This document shows positions 44,401-56,400 of a stretch of DNA of 64,000 nt, in pieces. Every line of letters starts with the position of its first letter. Position 1 is the first letter of the stretch. The notes beneath the pieces were generated by a model, which worked only from the letters and a program-made list of their open reading frames with translations, had not been told where the DNA came from and did not search any database. Both the position numbers and the translations under genes were made by a program. Source of the DNA: an uncultured Candidatus Peregrinibacteria bacterium (GTDB lineage Bacteria; Patescibacteriota; Gracilibacteria; Peribacterales; Peribacteraceae); the NCBI GenBank assembly GCA_903825315.1, contig CAIKAD010000004.1, positions 6,298 to 70,297 on the forward strand. The letters are read 5' to 3'.

Positions 44401-47400
44401 CTGCGCATCATGAACGGACCATTGGCGCGCATGCCGCCCATTCCGTTGTAGAACGTACCGCCGCTCAGCGTAAAGGCCTGGGCGGCCACGCTTCCCGTAC
44501 CGGCGTGGAAGATTCCTCCGTTCACCGTAAGCGGGCCGCTGGCGGTTACGGTTCCTCCGTAGTTGTAGAAGGAGCCTCCGTTCATCTGGAGCGCGCCCTG
44601 TGTGCGCACGCCGCCTATGCCGCAGCGGAACGTGCTGCCGCTCAGCGTGAAGCTCTGTGCAACGACGCTCCCCGTGCCGGCGTAGAACGTGCCTCCGTTC
44701 ATGCTCATAGGCCCGCTGGCGGTCACGTTTCCGCCGCCGCCGTAGAACGTGCCCCAATTCATGGAGACCGCGCCCTGTGTTTGCATGCCGCCCATTCCGT
44801 TGTAGAACGTGCCGCCACTCAGGGTAAAGGTCTGGGTGCTCAGGCTGCCAGCGCCGGCGTAGAACGTGCCGCCGCTCATGGCGAGCGGGCCCTTAATGCT
44901 TACACTCCCTGTGCCGGCATAGAATGCGGCTGACCGGTCGATGAGCGATACGCCGCTGGAGGCCAGTGTGAACCCGTTGAGCAGGTAATCGCCGCGGACA
45001 TTCACCTCAGGCGATACCGTGTCGCCGTCTGCCTGGAACGAGTCCCAGACAAGGAATCTCTGTCCGGGCTTGAGCTGGAGGAAGTTCGGGCGGCCGTAGT
45101 TTGTGCTGGTACCCATAATGAAGGACCCGCTCATGTACGTGCCGTTCTGGCCCGCGGCCGTGGCGAGATAGGAGCTGCGCATCGGTGTATCGAACTTGGC
45201 CGTGCGCGTGATGAGGGTGTCCCGGTAAAGGTCGATACCCGTCATGGAGGAGCCGGAGGCGACGAGGACCGTGACGGCGTTCATTTCCCACCAGTCGATG
45301 TTGATGGAGATAATCTCACCGCCGCTCAGGTCCGCGCCGGAGAGCGTGTAGGCGCCCGTTACGGGGTTGGAGTGGGTAAAGGCAATCATGTCGCCACCGT
45401 CGCTGCGCCAGGTGACCGGCAAACCATAGGTCTGGTTGGTGTTGTAGGGATCGATTCTCTGGAGCGGCGTCTTTCCGTCGGCTTGGTAGAGCGTGCCGGA
45501 GATGGTGAGGATCTGCGGCTTGAAGCGCCAGTTGAAGGTGTTGCTGTTCATGTTCAGTTTGCATCCCGGTGCGAGACAGACGAGCATCTGTCCTCCGCGC
45601 GCGTCGCTGTCGTACACGTCGAGGTAGGAGAGGTCCTGTTCGGCGCCCGGCAGCAGGCGGAGGATGGGCGGCTTCGGCTTGCCGTAGGTGTAGTTGTACA
45701 TCCCGAAGCCGCGCAGCTGTAACCGTATCGGTTCCGTCAGCAGGGTGGGATTCCATCCGGGGTTAATGGCCCCCAGGGTGAGGCTGTCCCGCACGCTGAT
45801 CACAGCATCCCGGTTGAAGTAGAGCGTCTGCCAGTTGGCAGTAGCCACTTTCCGGAGTGTTCCGAACGTTGTGGAGCCGCTCATCGTGAGGTACGGGCTT
45901 GTGATATTTACGATGCTGAGCGTGCCCGCCGTAAACGTACCGGCATTGTGCCAGTTTCCCTGCGATGTTCCGCCCAAAGTGATAGTGCTGCCCGTGGACG
46001 TTGTGAATGTACCGTGGTTGCTGACGGCCGTAACGTTGAGGTTGCCGGTCGGCGCAAAGCTCGCGCCCTGCCAAATGTAGAGTTCCTTGCCGTCGCTCAG
46101 TGTCATCGAGGTATCGGTCGCGGTCGTCAGGACATCCGTAACGTCCCCATCGGAGGTGGCGCTGTTGCGTGCAAGTGCCAGGTCGGCGCTTGTCACGGTG
46201 ACCCCGGACCCGCTCCGCACAATGAGGCGGTTCTGGTAGAGGTTCATGTCCATGAGGCTTCCTGTGAGGCCGCGCGCCACGAGGACCGCGTCGGTGCCGC
46301 CGCCAACGTTTGTCGCGAGGTTGTCATCCACGTACATCGTCATTACCGTACCGCCTGTCATGGCGGGAGTGGGCAGCGAGAAGTTGCCACCTGCGTCGGT
46401 GGAGCCCGAGGACACCACGGGGCCGCCGTTGATGGTGAGGGAGATCTTCTTGCCGCTGGTGGTGATAATCCAGTGCCCGTCGTCGCCGTAGAGTGTTCCC
46501 GCTATGGAACCGGGGGAGAGCACGCGGTGATTGAAGGACGACGAGTTGCTTGCCGCGTACGTCGCGTTCCCCGCGTAGGCGCCCGTAATGGCGTGAGTGC
46601 CCAGGGAGAGATTATCCGTGACTATGGAACCAGACCCGTGCCCGAGGACGATGGTGCCGATGGCGCCGTCCAGGCCGCTCTGCACGGCGACATTACCCGT
46701 GATATTCGCCCCCAGGATACCCATGAGAATGTTCTCCGGCCCGAAGTCCGACCCCGGCCCGCCCAGGGATACGGAGCCCGAGAGCCCCGAATCATTCTGC
46801 GGCTTGAGGAGGAACGGCCAGGCGTAGGCGCCTGATCCCATCGCCACCAACTGGGTCTTGCCGGCGTCCTTGTAGGCGCGAACGATGAAGGAAGGCTGCG
46901 TCATGATGTGGTTGCCGACGAGTCTGTTCTCCTGACGCGGCGTGTCCTGATTGCCGATGTAGTAGTTTTCCGGAATGCCGTTCCACGCGACTGTGCCCCA
47001 CAGCCGTGAGCTGTTGACGGGGAAGAGGGCGATGGTACCAGACCCGTTACGGCTCCCCATGGCCACGATGTTCCCTACACCTCCAACCGAGCTCCGGAAC
47101 AGCCGAACGGTCTCGTTATTCGGGGCGACGTTACTTACCGACCAGTATAATACGCCCTGGTTGGTATTCATGCCCGTAGCACCGCTCATGGACCATTGGG
47201 TGAAACGGTTGTTGGTATCCCCCTGCTCCTCCCATGGCGACGCGTAGCTATCTGTCGAGGATGTTCCGTAGTAATCCCAGTACAGCACGCCGTGGTTGGT
47301 ATTGCTCTCACTCGCTCCCCTAAAGTTCCAGTTTGAGGCGAATCCTTCCTGATCACCCGCCTCCGTCCACGGCTGGGAGAGGCTGGTCGTAGCCGTGATG

Positions 47401-50400
47401 GTCACCGTGCCGCTGAGTACCGAGGGGTTGGGAGACGACGTGAGTGCGGTGGCGGTGGTGGCCTTTGTGACTGTCTGGAGGGTTGTCCCCTCGGATGCCA
47501 AGTACTGCGTATTGCCGTCGTACGATGCCTTGATCTGGTTGTTCCCGATGCCCAGCGCATTCGTGGCAAGGGAGCCCGACCCGTGCCCGAGTGTTACTGT
47601 TCCGAGGGCAAGAGAGCCGCTCGCGATCGTTACGGATCCCGTCGCCGCTGCCGGTGTTACGGTGACCGTGAAGAGGATGCCCTGGCCGTAGGAGGAGTTC
47701 TGCAGAGAGGAGGCGATAGACGTTGTGGTGGCAAGGGCGAAGACCCAGTTGGTGTTATTGCCGCTGTTTACGCTATTCGTGTTGGTGGCACTAATGGCTG
47801 TGGCGTTGGTGTTGTTGCTGTCCTTCACATCCAGCCATCCGATAACTCTCGTTCCCTGCGGGTTGATATACCACTGGTAGCCCGGTATGGAGGAGCGCAG
47901 GAACAGGCGGCCGAGGCTGGAACCCGACATGCTCCAGCGGTTCTGGACGGTCTGCGTGCTGCCGGCGACGAAGGTGAGGGTGCCTGTTCCCGTCATCTGC
48001 TTGCGGAGGTCCCAGAACGTCGTGTTGCCGGAGACAGACTGGTTCATTCCGTTGAGCGTTACCGTGCCGTGGCCGTTTTGGAATGTCCCGCTATTGGAGA
48101 AGTTGCTGTTGACCGTGAGCATCCCCGAGCCGGCCTGGAATGTGGCCCCTGCGCCGTTTGTGAAGTTCTTCCCTACCGTCACGCCCGAACCGTTCATGTT
48201 GAAGGTACCGGCGTTAACCGTGAACCCGGAGCCAATGCTGAGCGCGTAGCCCGTCACATTCCGCGTCGCGGCACCGGACTGCGTGAGATTGAAGAAGACG
48301 TTGCCACCTGTTCCGCTCGTAATGGTCTGCAGGCCTGCAGTCTTATTGAGGATGACCTTCGACGTCTGCGGGAGGACGGTTGCGTTGCGGCCATCGAAGT
48401 TGCCACCGAGAAGGACGGTTCCGGAACCGAGTTCCAGGGTACCGTGCGTATACTGTCCGTCCACAAGGAGGTTTCCGGTAATCCTGTGTGTGCCGCCGTT
48501 CAAGACCACCTTACCCTGGTACGCGTCATTCGTGGAAACAGTGCTGTACCCCAGGCGAAGATCCCCGTTTACCGTCAAGTTGTAGCCGTTGGTATCCAGT
48601 ATCATGGGTGTGGTTGTGCCGGTGTCCCCGTACACCCACAAGCTGCCTGTGCTCCAGTTGCCGGTCATGCGGAGGGTGGCGTTTGCTTTCCCATAGATGA
48701 TGCGTACCTCATCGGAGACCGTGAGCGCCTTTTGCGACCTCGTTGTTCCGTTGTAGATGTAGATGTTCGTCCTGTTCCCCGTAATGTTCGCTCCCGCTGC
48801 CAGGTCGATGAAGTCATCGACGGACGGGAACGCAAGGACCAGGATGCTCGTTCCCTGTATTACGGCACCCGCGCCCAGGGAGACGCTCTTCGTGAAGACC
48901 GTCGAGGTGCGTGTTGCCGTAACGCCAGCGTCGATGCGCAATGCATTGATGCTGTTGTAGGGACTGACGGGGTAGGGATTCCCCACGCTCCCGTTTGCGC
49001 TCATGTCCCAGATGCCCGTGGAGGTGAGCAGGTTCGCAGCGTTCGCCACGCTGATATTTCCATCCACCCGCACGGTCTTCCTGTTATCCGTCACATTTCC
49101 GGCAAGGAGTGTGGCGGAGCTCATCGTCAGGTTGGTCTGGAATGTCCAGGTGCCGGCTCCGTTGAAGACAACCTTCCCCAGTGTCCCTCCGGTGGCCGTA
49201 ATCGTCTTGCCGGCAGCCGTGGCGGCAAAGGTACCCGTGCCGGTTGCCGTAAAGGCATTCTCAGCGGAAGTGAAGTTTCCGTAGATTGTGTACACATTTG
49301 TTTGCACATTCATGGTTCCAAGGACGTGTAAGTCGGCTGTCGTCACCTGCCCGCCCGGCACAAAGCTGTCGCCCGTCCAGACATGGAGCTCCTTACCGGC
49401 GACGACGGTCAGGTTTCCGCCGGCGGTGCCGTAGATCGCCGCAATGTCGTTGTCATTGCTGCCATCTGCCGTGTCGAGGTTGGCATTGGTTACGGCTGCA
49501 CCGTTCTCACTGCGGACAATCAATCTGTTCTGGTAGAGGCTGATGCCCGTCATGGAGGAACCGGAGCCGAGCACCACCGTCACGGCCTTTTCCGCCTGGC
49601 CGCTCACGAAGAGGGTGAGCACGGAAGCGTCCGTCATGTCCTGCGGGGCGCGGATCCTGAATGCCCCGTTCACGTCCGTCGTCCCGCTGGCAGTTACGGC
49701 GCCGCCGTCCAGGCTGAGCGAAACTTTCCTGCCGTTGAGACCGGTGAGGCCCTCATCGGAGAAGAGGCGACCGCTCACGTACATGCGTACCACCTGGCTC
49801 ACGAGATTGCTGCCCGTGCCGTTGTAGTTCTGGTTGCCGCTGTAGACCGCAGTGATGGCATGTGTACCCACTGCCAGCGTCGTGGTGTTCATGCTGCCCG
49901 AGCCGTGGCCGAGGGTGACCACGGTGAGGTTGGCGTTGCCGTCCTTGAATGTCACCGTGCCCGTTGCCGTTACCGGAGCCACGGTGGCGGTGAAGATCAC
50001 ATTGTCATCCAGCGCAGAGGGATTCCTGGAGGAGGTGAGCGTGACCGTGACGTTCGCATGGTTCACGGTCTGGTTCACCGCTGCGCTCGTCGACCCGTTG
50101 TAGTTCTGGTTCCCGCTGTAGATGACGCTCAGGTTATGGCTTCCGGCAGCCAGGGTGGAAATGCTGAGGGTCCCCGATCCGCGGCTAAGCGTTGCTGTCC
50201 CGATTGTCACGTTTCCGTCCTTAAACGTTGCCGTGCCCGTTGCTGTGGACGGCGTTACGGAGGCCGTGAGTGTGATGCTGTTGCTGAAGGTGGACGGGTT
50301 CTGGCTGGAAGAGAGGATCGTCGTTGTGTTTGCCTTGTTGACCGTCTGCAGCAGGGACGCCTGCGCCGTGGTGTGGTTGGCGTCGCCGCTGTAGATGGCC

Positions 50401-53400
50401 GTAAGGTTGTGGTTGCCTGCAGCGAGTGTAGAGATCACATAGGAGCCGCTGGCATGGCTCAGGGTAACCGTTTGCAGCGTCACATTCCCGTCCTTAAAGG
50501 TGACCGTGCCGGTGGCTACCGGATCGTTGATTACTGCACGGAGCGTGACCGTATCGTTGAAGGTGGACGGGTTGAGCGAGGAGGTGAACGTGACCGATGT
50601 CACATAGATACCCACCACCTGCGGCAGGATGTCGCTCGTTTGATTGTTGTAGTTCTGGTTGCCGTTGTAGGTGGCGGTGATGTTGTGCGTGCCTACAATG
50701 AGCGTCGAGATATTCATGCTGGCCACACCACCAGCCAGCGTTCCCGTACCGATGGTCACGTTCCCGTCCTTAAAGGTCACCGTGCCCGTGGCGGTGGCGG
50801 GGATCACCGTAGCCGTAAACGTGACACCGCTGCCGAAGGTGGAGGGGTTGAGGCTGGAGATGAGGTTTACCGCAACGTTCGCCTTGTTGACGGTCTGAAC
50901 CACCGTGTCACTCGTATGGCCGTTGTAGTTGGCATTACCGGAGTACGTGACGGTCAAGTTGTGGCTTCCCGCGGCCAATGTAGAGATGCTGATGGAACCC
51001 GATGCGTGGCCGAGGGTGGCCGTGCCGATGACCACGTTGCCGTCCGTAAAGGTGAGCGAGCCGGTGGTAGTCCACGGGGAGACCGTGCCGGTGAGCGTGA
51101 TGCTGTTGCTGAAGGTGGACGGGTTCTGGCTGGAGGCAAGGCTTACGGTGCTCGTAGCCTTATTGACCGTCTGGTTCACCGTGTTGCTCGTCGATCCGTT
51201 GTAATTCTGATTGCCGCTGTAGACGACTGTGAGGCTGTGCGAGCCGCCGCCGAGCTGCGTGGTTACCATGCTGCCGGAGCCGTGGCTCACCGTGGCCGTT
51301 CCGATCGTCACGTTGCCATCCTTAAAGGTGAAGCTGCCTGTGGCCGTTACCGGCAGGACGGAGGCGGTGAGTGTTACGCTGCCGCTGTACGTGGACGGGT
51401 TCTGGCTGGAGGAGAGGTTCGTCGTCGTATTCTTCCTGTTCACCGTCTGGTTCACCGTATTGCTCGTCTCACCGTTGTAGTTCTGGTTGCCGCTGTAGAC
51501 CGCCGTGAGGCTGTGGGTTCCCGCGCCCAGCGTGGAAATGGTCATCGAGCCCGAGCCATGGCTCACGGTCACTGTCCCGATGGTCACCACACCATCCTTG
51601 AAGGTGAAGGTGCCCGTGGCCGTAGCCGGCGTCACGTTTGCCGTGAGCGTCACGCCGCTGCTGAAGGTGGACGGGTTGAGGTTGGAGGTGAGACTGACAG
51701 CCGTGTCCTTCTTGTTGACGATCTGGTTCACCGTGTTGGAGGTCCTGGTGTTGTAGTTCGCATTCCCCGAGTAGACCGCCGTGAGGCTGTGGGTTCCAGC
51801 GCCCAGCGTGGAAATGGTCATCGAACCCGAGCCATGGCTTACGGTCACTGTCCCAATGGTCACCACACCATCCTTGAAGGTGAAGGTGCCCGTGGCCGTG
51901 GCCGGTGTCACGTTTGCCGTGAGCGTCACACCGCTGCTGAAGGTGGACGGGTTGAGGTTGGAAGTGAGGCTCACCGCCACATTGGCCTTGTTCACCGTCT
52001 GGTTCACCGTATTGCTCGTGGAACCGTTGTATTCGCTGTTCCCGTTGTAGATGGCTGTGAGGTTGTGGGAGCCGCCGCCCAGCGTGGCAATGCTCATGCT
52101 GCCGGAAGCGTGGCTGAGGGTGATGGTGCCAATCGTCACGTCGCCGTCCTTATAGATCACGGTGCCGGTGGCCATAGCGGGCGTTACGGTGGCCGTGAGT
52201 GTGACGCCGCTGCCAAAGGTGGACGGGTTGAGGCTGGAGACGAGGAGCGTGCTCGTGGCGCCGAAGTGCCAGTTCCTGTTGTTGCCGCGGTTGACGCAGC
52301 CGGTCGCGCACATCATCTTCGCCGCGTTGGTGTTCCAGGAATCCTGCACGTCCAGGTTGCCGATGGCCCGTGTGCCCTGGGCGTCGATCATCCACTGCAG
52401 TCCCGTTGCGGAGGAGCGGAGGCTCAAGAGGTTTGCCACCGCGCCGGACATCGAGAGTCTGTTTCCGACGGTCTGCGTTGTGCCGGTGTAGAAGGTGAGC
52501 GTGTCCGCAGCCACCGTCTTCTTGCGGAGATTCCAGAACGTCGTGGAGCCCGTCATGGTCTGGCTGGTGCCGTTCAGGTCCACTGTGCTTGTCTGGGCGT
52601 TGAACGTGCCCTTGTTCTGCCAGGTGCCGGAGACCGCTATGAGGCCGCTGCCCGCGTTGAGCGTGCCGCGGATGTCCATGTGTCCCGTGGTCACATTGCC
52701 GCCCGGCGCGTAGGTGTCGCCCGTCCAGACGAAGAGTTCCTTGGAGCCTCCCACGGTCACGTTGCCCGAGGTGACGCTGTAGATATTGGCAATGTCATCT
52801 TCCGCGGCCACCGCAGCCGTTGCGAGGTTGGCGTTGGTGAGGACGTACGCGCCGGAGTCGCTGCGGACGATGAGGCGGTTCTGGTAGAGGTGGAGACCCG
52901 AGAGGTTGCCCGTGCCGCCGAGCGTTACCGCCACGGCGTCTGCCGTCTCATCTTCCAGGTAGACTGTGAGTACGGATCCGGCGGCATACGGGACGTTGGC
53001 GATGCTCCACACGCCCGTGGTGGCGTTGGTTTCGGCCGTGCGTACGTAATCCGTGCCGTTAACGGCCACGCGCACCGTCTGGTTGCCGAGCGGGGTACTG
53101 CCCTTGTCGCTGTAGACCGTGCCCGAGAGATCGTGGCCGAAGTTCCAGTGCTGGTTATGCCCGCCGTCCACGTTGGTGCCGCCTGCCGCGTCAATCTCCC
53201 TGCCGTTACTGGCATCGGACCAGGCGACCGTCACATACTGCGCCGTAGCCGAAGCGCCATTGACCGTGAGGGTCCAGGCACCCGTGGCGCTGAGGTTGAG
53301 AAGGTCATTCTGCTCGCCCGTAAGGCTCAGGTTGCCGCCAACGGTCAGTGTCGTCCCCGGCAAGCCCACGGGATTCACCTGCGCCGTGGTTCCGAGTGTC

Positions 53401-56400
53401 ACATTGCCGACGGTCGTGATCTTCTTCCCGTTAAAGTCCACGGTGCCGTTCTGGACATTCAAACTCGTGAGTGTGCCCGTCCCTGTGAACTGGACGGTAC
53501 CGGCGGTCTTGTTGACCGTGACAGCTTCCACGCTCTTGCCTGCGAGATCGACCAATTGCGTCGTGGAGCCCGACATCGTGATGGTGCCGGTGCCCTTGGT
53601 CCACACGGTGGTTCCCGTGTCCTGCTGGATGGTGACATTCTTGAGGAAGACGAAGTTGGGGTTATTGGCGCCGGAGATAGTCCATGTACCGGTGCTTTGG
53701 TAAAATTGCAGTGCCCGGAACAATGAAGTGAACGTGTACGTCCCCGCTTGCCAGGTGAGAGTAGCGTTACCGGGTGCATCGTTGTAGAGAATGAATTCGT
53801 TCGTGGGTGCGTACGTCCCCGGCGGAAGGCTCAATGTCCTGAAGGCGTAGAGGGTATTCTGGACAATGGCGGATGCATTGGACAGAGTCACAGGCGCAGC
53901 GCTCCTCCAGAAAAGTTTTCCGGTGCCCGCCACGCTTCCACTGATCCCTTGTGTGAAGCCGTTGTAGCAGGACCACGTGAGTGTTGCATTGTTGGTGAGT
54001 GCTCCGTTGATCGTCACGAGCCCGTACTGGTTATGGTAGGAGACGGAGGAGGGGACGGTGACGGACGCGCCTGTCGCAATCGTGAGGTTGTACAAGTCGC
54101 GTGTCTTTGTACTGCTATAGGGTGCCTTCAATATTTTCCCTACCCCTGTCATAACTAGCGTGCTCGTTCCCCTCAACACGTCTCCCGGCGTACCGCTCCA
54201 GTCGAAGTTTCCGCTCACCGTCCATGTCCCATCTCCAAGATCCACCCTGGAGCTTTCCATCGTCACGTTTCCCAGTACGGTGATATTCCTGTCGTACGTC
54301 GCATTATCAAACGTCCCCGCTCCCGCAAGCAGTGTGATGCCGCTCGCGGTCTTAAGATCATTCGTAGCCGGACGGAGTGTCGCCGCACCCGTCTGCTTGA
54401 TGTTGTAGAAGGTGCTGCCGGCATCCGTCCCACCTGCATTGAGGGTCTGAATGCCCGAAGCGCCATCGAAGCTCACGGTCCCGTTATTGTGCGTCAGGGT
54501 ACCGGACGTCTTGTTCCAGCTGCCCGCAACAGTGAATGTTCCCGTGGGGGCAGAGAGCGTCCCTCCGGCGATGGTCACGTTATTCACGTCTACGTTGCTC
54601 GCCCCTCCCGTAAAGGTGCCTCCGTTGAGCGTCAAGCCGCTCGCCGTGAGGTTCTTGCCGTTCAGCGAGAAGATGCCGGCTGTGCTCTTCATAGTCAGGT
54701 TGTTGTTCGTTCTGAGGTTGGAACCGGAGACCGTTACCGTAGCGGCGCCGCTCTGGGTGAGGTTGTAGAAGGAGCCGCTTGCCGCAGCCGTCTGTACCAC
54801 GTATTGCGTTCCCGAGGTCTTGTTCATCACCACCGTGGATGTCCCCGGCAGCACCATGTCCTCGTTCTTCCAGTCACCCTTTACATTCCAGGTGGAGGAG
54901 CCGAGGTCCAGGATATTGCTACCGGCAACATTGGCAGGCTTCACGTTCACCTGCCCGGAGAGCGTGATGGCGGAGTTGTTGGCGATGAGTGTGCCGTACT
55001 GCGTCGTGCTTCCCACAAATATCTGTCCCGCAGTCACTGCGTATCCGGCGGTGTCGAGCGTGGCGGTCGCATTCGTTGTGGCAGAGTAGATCTGGAGGAT
55101 ATTGCCCGGCACCGAAACGGCACCGCCGAGCGTGCAGGTATACGTACCCTGCGGCATGCAGTAGAAGCCCACGCCGTACGTGCCACCTGCCACCGTTACA
55201 TTGGCGGTATTGTTGTAGAAGATGTTCGTCGTAAAGCTGTATCCCGGATCCGCGTTGCCTGTGCCGTTGAGGACGAGCGGGATGGGGTTGGCGCCGCTCA
55301 GGTAGAGGTAGGAGGAGCCGGAGGGGGACACGGTCACTCTATTGCCGCTCGTGCTTCCCACCGTGGCCACGTTCATCACTTTTACGGTTGTGAGCAGCGT
55401 GATGGTCTGCCCCGGCGTGGTGATGATGAGGTTGTGGAAGTTATTGCCGGTCCTCGTCTTAAGCGTGCCGTTGCCCGTCATATTCACCGTGCTCGTGCCG
55501 GACACAAAGGTTCCGCCAGCCGCGCTTGTATCCCAGCTTCCGCCCACCGACATGGTTTTGCTCGAGGCATCGAGCGTGCCGTTGAGGAGCGTAAGGTTCT
55601 TGCTCATGCTGATGTTCGTCTGCAGAGTCCAGCCGCCACCCACGCCATTAAACTGAACGTATCCGAAGGTGCTGCCTGTAGCTGTAATCGTCTTCCCGGC
55701 GCTGGTGGCAACAAAGTAGCCGGTGCCCGTGGAAGTGAAGGCGTTCTGTGCCGCAGTGAAGTTCCCCGCAATTGTGTACACATTTGTTTGCACATTCATC
55801 GTGCCGAGCACGTGGAGATCGGTTACGGTCACATTCCCACCCGGTACAAAGCTGTCGCCCGTCCACACATGCAGTTCTTTGCCCGCAGCTACCGTGAGAT
55901 TCCCGCCTGCTACAGAGTAGAGGGCGGCAATATCACTATCGCTATTTCCGCTGAAGGTCGCGGAAGCAAGTAGGCCGTTCGTTACCTGCTGGTTCCCGAA
56001 CTCGCTGCGTACAATCAACCTGTCCTGGTAGAGGCTGATACCGGTCATCGAACCGCCATTCCCCAATGTGACGGTTACTGCCTGTTGTGCATTATTGTCA
56101 GAATACACGGTCACAATGGTGCCGCCCGTCATGGCCGGGATCCCGGTGATCACGTAGTTGCCGTTGACATCCGTTGTGCCGGAACCCACAACCCGGCCGC
56201 CATTCAAGCTCAGGCTCACCTTCTTCCCGGCGAGGGCTGTGGTGCCTTCGTCGCTGGTAAACTTGCCGGCGATCGTCTGCCTATTGGGATTGCCGATCGT
56301 GCTGCCCGAACCGCGCATATTCCAGTACTCAAACTTGGTCCAGGCGGGGGAGCGAGCGGTACCGGCAATGCGCACCTCGTCCATGGATCCCTTGAAGTCG

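Noticed and set aside
49779-52253. Regular ~276-nt periodicity that could be mistaken for a CRISPR or non-coding tandem array
   Set aside because: The period is far too long, there is no spacer/repeat alternation, and the units are in frame and encode Ig-like domains inside the giant ORF.
49383-53726. 1,447-aa plus-strand ORF, together with 59340..63683 (also exactly 1,447 aa), 43044..44933, 47583..49331, 54489..55973, 57627..59168 and others
   Set aside because: All are antisense to the giant ORF. Their products are Arg/Gly/Ala/Val-rich with no motifs. The sense strand is dominated by GGN/ACN/AAC/GTN codons, and their complements rarely create stops. The sense frame carries recognisable domains. 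The two equal lengths appear coincidental, since the sequences do not align.
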